From Dehalococcoidia bacterium (GTDB lineage Bacteria; Chloroflexota; Dehalococcoidia; Plut-88900), in contig CBDBLV010000005.1 of assembly GCA_965207225.1 (NCBI GenBank), forward strand, positions 64,001-128,000: 64,000 nucleotides of DNA. Direction: 5' to 3'. Shown piece after piece: positions 8,334 through 17,581 of the stretch. The stretch's first letter is position 1. Each line of letters opens with the position of its first letter. The notes under the pieces were generated by a model that saw nothing but the letters and a program-made list of their open reading frames with translations, was not told the origin of the DNA and made no database searches. Both the position numbers and the translations under genes were made by a program.

Positions 8334-9479
8334 CTAGTCGGCGGCCAGGACAATGGTGCCAGTGGAGGACAGGGTTCCTCCGGTGCCGTTGACAAGGGAG
8401 GTCTTGGCACCGGCGACCTGGCGGTCTCCGCATTCGCCCCTGAGCTGCCGGGCGGCTTCGAGGAGGAGGAACATGCCGTACATGCCGGTGTGGCAGTAGG
8501 AAAGGCCGCCGCCGTTGGTGTTCATGGGGAAGTCGCCGCCGGGCGCAGTCCGCTGGTTGGCAACGAAGTCAGGCCCCTCGCCCCGTCCGCAAAAGCCGAG
8601 GGACTCCAGGGTGATGAGCACGGTGTAGGTGAAGGAGTCATAGATCATGGCGAGGTCTATGTCGTCGTGGGTGAGGCCTGCCATTTCGAGGGCCCGGGGC
8701 CCGGTCTCACGGGCGATGGTGGAGCAGAGGTCGTGCTGCTGGAGGATTCCCTCGCCGTGGTCGTGGCCCTCTGCGGTGCCCAGTACCCAGACCGGCTTCT
8801 TCTTGGTGTTCTTGGCCACCGCCGCGGAGGTGATTACCGTGGCGCCGCCGCCATCGGTGACGAGGCAGCAGTCGAAGAGGTGGAAGGGCCAGGAGATCCA
8901 GCGGGACTCGTTGTAGTCCTCCATGGACATGTCGTCCTTGATGAAGGACTTGGGGTTGAGCTGCGCCCATTTCCGGGTGGAAACGGCAATCTCGCCGAGG
9001 GCGTTCTGGGTGCGCTCCTGTCCGAACTCGTGCATGTAGCGGGTGGCGGCAAGGGCGTAGGGATGAGGCTCGATGACGAGGCCATAGGGATGCTCGTACT
9101 GAGCTATGGGCATGTTGGGGTCGTCCCCTGCATAGGCCCGAGAGCTGCGTCCCGCTTCGCCGTGAACGATCAGGGCCACCTCAATGAGTCCGGCGCTGAT
9201 GGCAGCGAGGGCGTGCTCCACGTAAATTACGAAGGAAGAGCCGCCGACGTTGGTGCCGTCGGTGTACTTGGGTACGATGCCCATATATTCGGCCATGTTA
9301 TAGGGAGACGGGCCAGCGACGAAAAGCCCGTCGACGTCCGATAGTGAGAGGCCGGCGTCGTCGAGGGCGTTGAAAGCAGCCTCCGAGCCTAGCTGGAGGC
9401 GGGACTTGTTGGGCACCTTGCCAATCTCGTCGGACTCGTCAACGCCGACGATAGCGGCCATACGGGACAGATCTGACAT
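8334..9479 (-). CDS. Thiolase-fold protein (SCP2/Ltp2-like), paralog 2
   Basis: Near-duplicate of 6692..7837; start at MSDLSR after AGGAGG. Confidence 0.88.
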   Translation of the reverse strand: MSDLSRMAAIVGVDESDEIGKVPNKSRLQLGSEAAFNALDDAGLSLSDVDGLFVAGPSPYNMAEYMGIVPKYTDGTNVGGSSFVIYVEHALAAISAGLIEVALIVHGEAGRSSRAYAGDDPNMPIAQYEHPYGLVIEPHPYALAATRYMHEFGQERTQNALGEIAVSTRKWAQLNPKSFIKDDMSMEDYNESRWISWPFHLFDCCLVTDGGGATVITSAAVAKNTKKKPVWVLGTAEGHDHGEGILQQHDLCSTIARETGPRALEMAGLTHDDIDLAMIYDSFTYTVLITLESLGFCGRGEGPDFVANQRTAPGGDFPMNTNGGGLSYCHTGMYGMFLLLEAARQLRGECGDRQVAGAKTSLVNGTGGTLSSTGTIVLAAD

Positions 9480-9578
9480 TATCGACCTCCTGCGGTTATG
9501 GGGGCGTGCCTGACCAGGGGCGGGATGGCCCGCGCAGAGGCACAAGATTGATAGTGGTTCCCCCCAAAAGCGGCCCTT

Positions 9579-9607
9579 ATTCTATATTCGGGCGTCGGGG
9601 GTGTCAA
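9579..9607 (-). promoter_or_regulatory. sigma70-type promoter of thiolase operon
   Basis: TTGACA-17-TAGAAT on minus strand. Confidence 0.7.
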
Positions 9608-9666
9608 TTTGGCACATTCATTCGGTGGTCCAGCGGCAAGCCGGGTCCTTATTCGGTTGTGGGGTT

Positions 9667-9715
9667 TTGATTGAACGTTGATTGAACTCGTAGCTGTTTT
9701 GATTGAATGACGCCT
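9667..9715. repeat. TTGATTGAA direct-repeat module
   Basis: 9676-9715 is identical (40 nt) to 40531-40570. Confidence 0.85.
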
Positions 9716-9757
9716 AAAGGGACGACGGGGGATTTCGCGTGGCGCAGGGGACGGGAA

Positions 9758-9879
9758 GGGAACCCTCACCCCCTTGATCCCCCTCTCCCTCAGGGCCATT
9801 GAGGGAGAGGGGGAGAGAAGAACAGAGGCAGAGGTCGGCGCTTCTGCGCCGACCTCTGCCTCTAGTTCAGTACTGGGGA
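9758..9879 (+). repeat. ~120-bp composite repeat with variable palindromic cassette, copy 2
   Basis: Scaffold as at 3341-3460; cassette AGAGGTCGGCGCTTCTGCGCCGACCTCT. Confidence 0.85.
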
Positions 9880-9974
9880 GAGGGCCGGGGATGGGGTGAA
9901 CTGCGGGGTTGTGGGTGATTTTTCCGGAGGGATGGATTCCTGCCTCCGCAGGAATGACGGAGAGGGGAGGCGGT

Positions 9975-10591
9975 GGGTTATTGGGTTGTGGGATTTGGGT
10001 TGGCATTTTGTTTGTTGGGTTTTGGGTTGGCGATGGAGGTCCGGGACTCGGATGCAGGACCTCGATGGCACCTACGCCGACGCTGGTGGCATCGGCGGTT
10101 GTCCTGCCTTTCCCTTCACGCATGCCTTGGGAGACTTGCCGGTGTCGAGGGCGTCTCTGCGTGGGGACATCCGCTCTCCGCATCAGCGCTCGACCGCTGT
10201 ACGGGGCGGCATATCGGCTCGATTACCGCCGTGGGCGGAAGGAGCCGCATAAGGGCGCTAAGGCCCTGCATAACGAGTCAGAAGACTCGCGGAATTCCTC
10301 GACGAGGGTAAAGTCGGCGAGGCGTATACGCCCGGGTAAGGGGCGTCGTATCGGCAAGGGCGTCGTTATAGAGAGGCCTGCTGCCGCATAGAGTCGATGG
10401 ACCATCCATCGCCTGGAAGCCAGGGAAGGGGGTACGGGACCCGTGGTGAGGAGATAACACCTTCAGCTTGAGCCTCGGGCCTGCGCGAGGGCCTTTGGGA
10501 TGGGCGAGTGCGTTGAGTCCCTCAGGTCGGGTCTCGGGGGCTTCCCCGGGGTTTTGGTTCCTCCTTCTATTATCAGATGTTTGTTCGAACG
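9975..10591 (-). ncRNA. Candidate large structured ncRNA, copy B
   Basis: Conserved blocks as in A and C; long-range arms 10399-10413 / 10029-10042; ends approximate. Confidence 0.65.
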
Positions 10592-10597
10592 CAGGAT

Positions 10598-10626
10598 ATG
10601 ATAGTACGGTCGGACGGGTGTGTCAA
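10598..10626 (-). promoter_or_regulatory. sigma70-type promoter of structured element copy B
   Basis: TTGACA (10626-10621), 17 nt, TATCAT (10603-10598). Confidence 0.8.
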
Positions 10627-10711
10627 GAGCAAATGTGCGGCTATTGGGGGAATATCTGAACTGTGATTTATGGGATAAAGGGATTACTTTGATTTCTTGA
10701 AGGGGGGCGTC

Positions 10712-11167
10712 TCAGCAGAGGGCACCTTTATCTGTATTGGGATCTATGGGGATTGCTGGGTTTCCCTGGTTCTCTTGCTTGAATTTGCTGTTGGCGAGTC
10801 TTTTGAATTGGAGGCTTTTGGCACCGAAATTGATTAGTAGTCCTACCTCTAGGTCATAGGCTTCCAGGTAGTTGATGGCCTGTGCAAGGTGAACATCTTC
10901 GAGTTTAATGACGGCCTTTAGCTCAACGGAGACCAGGCCATCGACCAGGAAGTCCACCCTTCTAGTGCCGATCTGCTGCTCTTTGTAGTAGATGGGCATT
11001 TCATGCTCCCGGCTGAAGGAAAGTCCCTGGTCGGCCATCTCGATCTCCAATGCCCGCTGGTAGATCACCTCCTGGAAGCCGTTACCCAAGGCTGAATGCA
11101 CCGTCATCGCGCACCCGATAACCCTTCCGGTCAACTCCGAATACTTGTAGTTACCGCTGGTCATCAC
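10712..11167 (-). CDS. GxxExxY family protein (PD-(D/E)XK-like)
   Basis: LGNGFQEVIY, RRVDFLV..VELKA, HLAQAINYL, GLLINFG; flanked by AATC..GTTCAGA-like short repeats. Confidence 0.92.
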   Translation of the reverse strand: MMTSGNYKYSELTGRVIGCAMTVHSALGNGFQEVIYQRALEIEMADQGLSFSREHEMPIYYKEQQIGTRRVDFLVDGLVSVELKAVIKLEDVHLAQAINYLEAYDLEVGLLINFGAKSLQFKRLANSKFKQENQGNPAIPIDPNTDKGALC

Positions 11168-11336
11168 CTCTGCCTATCATATCGCACCTTCCTATCCCAA
11201 ACTGACTTGAGGATCACCCTTCCAAAGTCAAAGCTCATCACTAAATCAAATGAATCAGAGTACATATAGTAGACTGGGAACGGGTCGGCGCGTAGAATGG
11301 CCTCAGAGAGCATGACTTAGAAACCAGGAGGAAATC

Positions 11337-11693
11337 ATGGCTGCATCCGGGATAACTCTATACACGAAACGCTCCTGAACTTCGTGCAGAAGGGCGAAGG
11401 AGTTTCTTTCGCAGAACGAGATAGAGCACATCGAGCGGGACATCTTCAAGGAGCCCCTGTCCCGTGAAGAGATCGAGGGACTGTTGAAGATAATCCCTAT
11501 GGACCAGCTATTCTCACGTAAGAGTCGGGCGGTGAAGAAGCTGGGGCTGGACGTCGACGCCCTGTCCGACGACGAGAAGCTGGACCTGATGCTCCAGGAA
11601 CCGGCGCTGTTGAAGCGGCCGATTGTGGTGGGAGGGTCGGAGCCGGTGCTGGGGTATAACGTGGAGGCGCTGGAGAGCGCGGTCGGGGGTTAG
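11337..11693 (+). CDS. ArsC/Spx-family thioredoxin-fold protein, probable selenoprotein (UxxC)
   Basis: AGGAGG SD, ATG 11337, MAASGITLYTKRS-TGA(11376-78)-TSCRRAKEFL, continuing in frame into ORF 11484..11693 (EPALLKRPIVV). Confidence 0.85.
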
Positions 11694-11712
11694 GAGAAGA
11701 ACAGGACAAGAT

Positions 11713-12570
11713 ATGGCTAACGAAAACAAGCACAACCGACCCGACCTCCTGGTCGAGACCGAATGGCTGGCCGAGCACCTGGAGGACCCGAACCTGAGAA
11801 TCGTGGACATGGGGCCTATCGACGCCTACAAGCGGGCCCACATCCCCGGCTCGATGGGCCTGAATCGCAACTACTTCAAGGACCCCGATAACCGGGCGCT
11901 GGTCATGGGCCCCGACCAGTTCGCGGAGGAAATGGGGCAGGTCGGGATCGGCAACGAGCACGACGTGATCGCCTACGACGACTGGGGCGGTCTGTACGCG
12001 GGTCGGCTCTGGTGGCTCCTCCGAATGCACGGCCACGAGAAGGTGCGGGTGCTGAACGGAGGCTGGAACAAGTGGATTGCAGAGGGTCGGGCGGTCGAGC
12101 CTGCGCCGCTGTCCTTGTATCACAGCAACAAGCCGATGTCCCCTCACGCTCCCGCTACCTTCACCGCAACCCTGCACCACGAGTACAACTGCACCCTGGA
12201 CCAGCTTAAGGAAAGGCTGAACGAGCCGGGTTGGGTCACGCTGGACGTTCGGACGGACGACGAGTACACGGGTGCGCTGACTCGGGGGAACAAGCGGGGC
12301 GGGCATATACCGGACACCGTTCACATCGAGTGGACGAAAGCCGTCACCGACGATGAGTTCAGGACATTCCTGCCTCCCGACGAGCTAAGGGAGCTCTATG
12401 CGTCGGCGGGGATCACGCCGGAGAAGAAGGTAGTCACGTACTGACAGGGCGGAATACGCGCGGCACACGTGATGTTTGCCCTCCGACTCCTGGGCTACGA
12501 GAATGTCAGCAACTACGACGGCTCCATGGGGGAATGGGCCAACCGGGACGACACCCCTATAGTAGCTTAG
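11713..12570 (+). CDS. Tandem-domain rhodanese/sulfurtransferase (SseA-like), probable selenoprotein
   Basis: HIPG, LNGGWNKW, GGHIP motifs; VVTY-TGA(12442-44)-QGGIRAA...YDGSMGEW continues in frame to TAG 12570; the UGA is at the catalytic Cys position. Confidence 0.87.
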
Positions 12571-13324
12571 GCCCCAACACGTACTTCAGGTTGGCCGTGG
12601 TCTGAGCGGCCACTTCCTCGACGGTGATGCCTCGGAGTTCCGCGACCTTTTCGGCGACGCGTATCAGCTGGGCCGGTTCAAGGGGGTTCTTCTTTTTCCA
12701 GGGCTGGGGGAAGGAGTCGGTCTCGATGACCATGTATTCCATGGGAAGGGCCGCGGCTATGGGGTGGAGGTGGGGGAGGGCGAGGAGCGTCTTGGAGAAG
12801 GAGACGTAGATGCCCATGTCGATGCATTCTTCGGCGATGCGCTGGTCGGCGACGAAGTAGTGCATGATGGCCCCGACCTCGTAGACTCGCTCCTCCTTCA
12901 GGATACGAAGGCAGTCCCAGTAGGCCTCACGGCTGTGGAAAACGACTGGAAGCTGCAACTCCCGGGCGAGGCAGAGGTGCCGGCGGAATACGTCCTGTTG
13001 GAGCTGCTTCGGGGCCTTGCTCTTGAAATAGTCGAGGCCCGGTTCGCAGACCATGAGCACCTTCTCGCTGGACTGGGCCAGACTGGCAAGCTCCTCGAAG
13101 GTCTCCTCGGTGACATTGAGGTGGGCGGCGTGAGGGTGGATGCCGACGCCAGCGTAGATGTCGGGGTAATCCTCGGCGATGCGGACGGCGGCCCTGGAAG
13201 ACTCCAGGGAGCTTCCAGCGGTGATGATTCGCCTGACGCCGACGTCTCGGGCGCGCTGGACGACATCCAGGAGTTGGTCTCCGTAGTCTTCGAGGTGGGT
13301 GTGGCTGTCTGATAGGTCTAGCAT
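12557..13324 (-). CDS. tatD: TatD-family hydrolase
   Basis: DSHTH, GIHPH, GLDY, HSREA, ETDS motifs. Confidence 0.88.
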   Translation of the reverse strand: MLDLSDSHTHLEDYGDQLLDVVQRARDVGVRRIITAGSSLESSRAAVRIAEDYPDIYAGVGIHPHAAHLNVTEETFEELASLAQSSEKVLMVCEPGLDYFKSKAPKQLQQDVFRRHLCLARELQLPVVFHSREAYWDCLRILKEERVYEVGAIMHYFVADQRIAEECIDMGIYVSFSKTLLALPHLHPIAAALPMEYMVIETDSFPQPWKKKNPLEPAQLIRVAEKVAELRGITVEEVAAQTTANLKYVLGPKLL

Positions 13325-13359
13325 TTCAGTAACTCTCGCTAACTGGTCGGCAAAGTTTT

Positions 13360-14442
13360 CTAATCTATTCCCCAGATGGATTTCAGGCGTTCGACAGTGA
13401 AATTCCACTTAGGGTCTCGGGGCTGGGCAACCGTGTTCTGGTTGCCAAAGAAGCCACGTTCTCTCACCGCATCCTGCAAGTTGACCGTCTTGATCCATTC
13501 AACCCCCACAAAGTGTTCGGAGTTCTCCTCATTAAGCGCCTTTGGCGCCTGGATGTCGACTTCAGTGATGGGTACGGTTGAGCCGTTCTTATTGACTTTG
13601 AACTGATCAAAGCGCGTTGCCGGGGTGACAACTTTCCCAACGCCTACGTACCCTTTACCCGGGACGGATACCCATATTCGATTTCCGGGTTCAAGCATCC
13701 TCAACGTCCTCACGTACCACTCTCCGCCTCCTCCGCTCACGTAGCCGTATTTCTCAGCATCGCTCCAAGTTCGGCTTTCTCCTTCTCCAAAGGAAACGTA
13801 GTATTCGCCATTCCATTCCTCCTTTTGCCTCCTGGAGGAGGATGGTTGAGCAGGGATGTCATAGGGGTCATTCAGCCAAGTTCGAGTTATATATCGGCGG
13901 TCTCCATCCTCAAATGCACGAAACAACACGACACCGATATCGAGACCGTACTCTTCCCTCAGATACAGAACTATCCGCTCAGAAGACGGGTCAAGGTCCT
14001 CGGCAACTATTATGAGTCTATGAGACTCGTTGAGCTCATCGGGAACGGTGTTGAATCGTTCGCTGAGAACCTCATTAATCCCCCTTGGAGCGGCCTCTTT
14101 GAGAAACCGTTGCTGATAGTCAATGTAAATATCAGCAATCTCCTCTGATGTCATGCGGCGTATGCAGGAACCGTAATCAAGGATTTGTGCCACAACCTCT
14201 CTAGGCGTGCGTGCTCGCTTCAACTCAATTACTATCAAGTTTCCTTCTGCGTCAATAGCAAGGATGTCAATGCGGCCGCCAACCGGTATAGCTACCTCCC
14301 GGCCAATCACCATGACGCTGGGATCAATTATGGAGATATCGGAAGCGATGATCTCTTGCAACCGCTCTTCATAGTCCATTCCGCCTAACGGCAGGGGGCT
14401 CAAGTCTTCGCCGATTTTCCAAATCCCCACTTCTATTGACAT
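13360..14442 (-). CDS. NucS/DUF91-like endonuclease-domain protein
   Basis: GRIDILAID..GNLIVIELKR...VVAQILDY PD-(D/E)XK motif; lower GC than flanks. Confidence 0.78.
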   Translation of the reverse strand: MSIEVGIWKIGEDLSPLPLGGMDYEERLQEIIASDISIIDPSVMVIGREVAIPVGGRIDILAIDAEGNLIVIELKRARTPREVVAQILDYGSCIRRMTSEEIADIYIDYQQRFLKEAAPRGINEVLSERFNTVPDELNESHRLIIVAEDLDPSSERIVLYLREEYGLDIGVVLFRAFEDGDRRYITRTWLNDPYDIPAQPSSSRRQKEEWNGEYYVSFGEGESRTWSDAEKYGYVSGGGGEWYVRTLRMLEPGNRIWVSVPGKGYVGVGKVVTPATRFDQFKVNKNGSTVPITEVDIQAPKALNEENSEHFVGVEWIKTVNLQDAVRERGFFGNQNTVAQPRDPKWNFTVERLKSIWGID

Positions 14443-14474
14443 CCTATCCTGCCTTCCAATTACGATTCAGACGT

Positions 14475-15107
14475 CTATCGACCAGCGTCTGCAATTGCCC
14501 TAAGTTCCCGGGCCGCGGCCCGGGGGTTAGCCGCACCTAGGATTGAACGGATTACCGCTATCCCGTCCGCGCCGGCGCGCATGACCTCTCCGGCTTTGGA
14601 CGCATTGATACCTCCAATGGCATAGACGGGGATGTTGACCTGGGACTTCACTGTCCTTATCAGTTCAGGCCCGGAAACGGGCCCATCAGGGTGGGACGCC
14701 GTGGTGTAGATCGTACCTAGTATCAGGTAGTCGGCGCCTTCCTGCTCTGCGGCTACAGCTTCTTCGACGCTGTGCACCGACCTACCAGTCAGCATCTCCT
14801 CCCCGCAGAGACTTTGGGCAACGTCGATGGGCAGGGAGTGGGAGGGGAGGTGTACGCCGTCGGCGTCCACGGCGAGGGCGATGTCGACTCTGTCATTGAT
14901 GATGAGAAGGGCTTTGCCCCGAGTGACATCCCGCAGTTTCTTCGCCAGCCGGTACAAATCTCCGGAGGGCATGCCTTTTTCCCGGACCTGCACCATTCCC
15001 ACCCCACTCCCAACCGCCTCGGCTACGACTTCTTCTATGGGCGCGTGCATCTTGACGGAGGAGTCGGTGACCAGGCAGAGCTTGGGGAGTTGCGTGGGAC
15101 TAGGCAT
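14475..15107 (-). CDS. thiE: Thiamine-phosphate synthase
   Basis: VQVREK, INDRVDIA, ADGVHL, GRSVH, AIGGI. Confidence 0.9.
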   Translation of the reverse strand: MPSPTQLPKLCLVTDSSVKMHAPIEEVVAEAVGSGVGMVQVREKGMPSGDLYRLAKKLRDVTRGKALLIINDRVDIALAVDADGVHLPSHSLPIDVAQSLCGEEMLTGRSVHSVEEAVAAEQEGADYLILGTIYTTASHPDGPVSGPELIRTVKSQVNIPVYAIGGINASKAGEVMRAGADGIAVIRSILGAANPRAAARELRAIADAGR

Positions 15108-15801
15108 CGGCCCGGGCGGGCTTCAGGAAGAACTCGTCGAAGGCTCCGAAGGCCAAGGGCGCTACCTGTTGGGCGATTTTCTCGATGGCGAGGGCGTAGG
15201 CACGGATCTCGGGCTGGGCGCCTTCGCCGAGCCTGAGCTCCAGGAAGTTCATCAGGGCCCGGAAGTTCAGGGTCCAGTAGAACTCGGTGTAGTAGGCCGT
15301 GCCCAGCACGCCCCGGAAGACCTCCCTTGTGCGCTTGCGGTGCTCCCGGTAGGGCTTGGCCTTCTCTATCATGCGCTCGTAGAAGTCGTGCTCCCGGTGC
15401 ATCATCTCCTCGTATTCCTTGATGTCGCCCTCGTCGAAGATGCCGGGGATGTCGTCGAGAGAGGGCACGTAGAACTCCTCCTGGAAGACGCGGTAGCGGG
15501 CCGAGCGCTCGTTATAGCTGGCGATGCGGTGTCTAAGCCATTGTCGGGCCACGAAGATCGGGCACTTGATGACGAACTGGAACACGACGTGCTCGAAGGG
15601 GGTGTGGTGCTTGTTCTCCATCAGGAAAAAGATGAGCTTGCGGTCCCGCTCGGGGTCCGACTTGGCACCCGTCGAGACCCGGGCGGCGGACAGGATTCTA
15701 TCGTCGCCGCCTATGTAGTCCAGGAGATGGACGTAACCCTTGTCTAGGACGGGGATCTTGCGTCCTCTGAGGTCGGGTTCCGGGCCGTTGACGTTTTGCA
15801 A
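15100..15801 (-). CDS. thyX: FAD-dependent thymidylate synthase
   Basis: HHTPFEH, RQWLRHRIASYNERSARY, AQPEIR. Confidence 0.95.
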   Translation of the reverse strand: MQNVNGPEPDLRGRKIPVLDKGYVHLLDYIGGDDRILSAARVSTGAKSDPERDRKLIFFLMENKHHTPFEHVVFQFVIKCPIFVARQWLRHRIASYNERSARYRVFQEEFYVPSLDDIPGIFDEGDIKEYEEMMHREHDFYERMIEKAKPYREHRKRTREVFRGVLGTAYYTEFYWTLNFRALMNFLELRLGEGAQPEIRAYALAIEKIAQQVAPLAFGAFDEFFLKPARADA

Positions 15802-15844
15802 ATGGGCCCCCAGTTCAGATTAGCGATATCGTTTCAATAACGGG

Positions 15845-16984
15845 CTAGATACCCATGCCCAGCGATACCATCCGCAGGGCGCGCTCGGTAGCCTCGGTGA
15901 GGAGGGAGTCGGCATCGTGGATGGCGGCGTCCAGGGCGATGGGCCCCGGGGCAATGCTCATAACCGAGGTCACGCCCTGATCGTAGATGGAGCGGTACTC
16001 GGGGGCCAGGCTTCCCGCGAGGGCAATCACCGGGATATTCATCCCCTTGGCCCGGGACGCTACTCCCATAATCGTCTTTCCATATGACGACTGCCCGTCT
16101 ATCTGTCCTTCTCCGGTGATGACAAGGTCCGCTCCGTCAAGCTGCTCGACCAAGTTCACTGCATCGGCCACCACCTCGACCCCCGGCTTCAGTTCGGTGG
16201 GGAAAAACACCTTCATTCCGTAGGCAAGCCCCCCCGCCGCCCCAGCCCCGGGGTCGTCCCTCTGGTCGATGCCGAGGTCTCTTTGTACCACGTCGGCGAA
16301 CTTGCCCATAGCCGCATCAAGCTGGGCGATGATGGGCGGGGTTGCGCCCTTTTGGGGGCCGTAGATGGCGGCGGTGCCCTCGGGGCCGCATAGGGGGTTG
16401 GTTACGTCGGTGGCGACCTGGAAAGTTGACTCGGTGGCCCGGGGGTCGATGCCCGACAGGTCGATTCTTGCCAGCCGGGCCAAGGGGCCTCCGCCGAAGG
16501 GCAATTCGGCGCCGGTCTCGTCCAGGAATTTCACACCGAGGGCCTGGGCCACCCCTGTCCCGCCGTCACACGTTGCACTCCCCCCGACACCCAGGATGAA
16601 CTTGCGGTGCCCCTGGTCAAGGGCGTGATGGATCAGTTCTCCGGTGCCATAGGTAGTGGTTATCAGGGGGTCTCGCCTGTCGCTCGGGACAAGGGCCAGC
16701 CCCGAGGCACTGGCCATCTCCACGACGGCAGTGTCGCTGTTCCCGAGCACCCCCCATCGGGCCTGGACCGGCTCTCCGAGGGGCCCGGTTACGGTGTCTT
16801 CGTGGGTTCGCCCTCCGGTACTCCGCATCAGGACTTCCAGGGTGCCGTCGCCGCCGTCGGCCATGGCGGAGATGAGGACCTGGGCGTCGGGGAAGACGCG
16901 TCGGATGCCGGAGACAATGGCGTCGGAGACCTGGAACACGCCCAGGCTCCCCTTGAACGCCTGGGGCGCGACGACGATTTTCAT
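15845..16984 (-). CDS. glxK: Glycerate kinase (GlxK/GarK family)
   Basis: APQAFKGS, MADGGDGT, GGSATCDGG, YGPQKGA, TGEG. Confidence 0.92.
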   Translation of the reverse strand: MKIVVAPQAFKGSLGVFQVSDAIVSGIRRVFPDAQVLISAMADGGDGTLEVLMRSTGGRTHEDTVTGPLGEPVQARWGVLGNSDTAVVEMASASGLALVPSDRRDPLITTTYGTGELIHHALDQGHRKFILGVGGSATCDGGTGVAQALGVKFLDETGAELPFGGGPLARLARIDLSGIDPRATESTFQVATDVTNPLCGPEGTAAIYGPQKGATPPIIAQLDAAMGKFADVVQRDLGIDQRDDPGAGAAGGLAYGMKVFFPTELKPGVEVVADAVNLVEQLDGADLVITGEGQIDGQSSYGKTIMGVASRAKGMNIPVIALAGSLAPEYRSIYDQGVTSVMSIAPGPIALDAAIHDADSLLTEATERALRMVSLGMGI

Positions 16985-17035
16985 GGGTGGGATTATAGCC
17001 CGACCAGGGGGTCGGTGATAGACTTACCTAAGGGT

Positions 17036-17581
17036 ATGACACAGAGTAATCAAGCAGGCGAAATAGATCCGAAGACGCTGGATGCAGGTTACGAATTGGC
17101 AATCAAGGCTCTGGGCTCGTCGAGTCGCGAGGCAACCTCGATTGACACCAAGCTGATCGGAACCTTCGCAGTGTCAATTATTGTCGTTGGGCTGCTGCCA
17201 ATCGTTCCAGGGGAACCGAGCCTCACCATTTGGCATTACTGGCCAAACTGGTTCTTGTATCTTGGTGTAGCAGCCTTTGCATGGACGGGATTCTGGGTCT
17301 ATCAAGGTTTCCGTTCGAGGGAGTTCAACTCAATGGCTAATCTAAGCCCTTCGTTGCTTCAAGAGCATTTCTGGCATTTGGATGAAAAGGCGTTCAAGAC
17401 GAAGATTCATGAGTGGTTAGAGTGGGCATGGGAGGAGAACAGGCGTCATTTAAGTAGTAAGAGCACCGCGTTCATATTTACTCTCCCAGCTGCGGCACTT
17501 GAAATAGTTTTTCTGCTGGTCTGGATCTTCACCAGAGAAGCATTCCCTATTTCTTCTTCGGCGGGAATCCCTTCTGCATAG
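17036..17581 (+). CDS. 3-TM membrane protein, resembles Pycsar-effector-like family
   Basis: IDTKL followed by TM, second TM, N...K before third TM; low GC. Family call is inference. Confidence 0.55.
   Translation: MTQSNQAGEIDPKTLDAGYELAIKALGSSSREATSIDTKLIGTFAVSIIVVGLLPIVPGEPSLTIWHYWPNWFLYLGVAAFAWTGFWVYQGFRSREFNSMANLSPSLLQEHFWHLDEKAFKTKIHEWLEWAWEENRRHLSSKSTAFIFTLPAAALEIVFLLVWIFTREAFPISSSAGIPSA

Noticed and set aside
9479-10391. Similar ORFs in copies B and C (MRRADVPTQRRPRHRQ / MRRTEGPAQRRPRHRQ) as a protein family
   Set aside because: Differences are mostly non-synonymous with a frameshift, there is no SD, and copy A lacks the ORF; the similarity reflects DNA repeat homology.
11376-12444. 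Genome-wide UGA reassignment (Trp/Gly)
   Set aside because: TGA terminates many genes here (e.g. comEA, metG, obg); read-through is seen only at Cys-equivalent positions.
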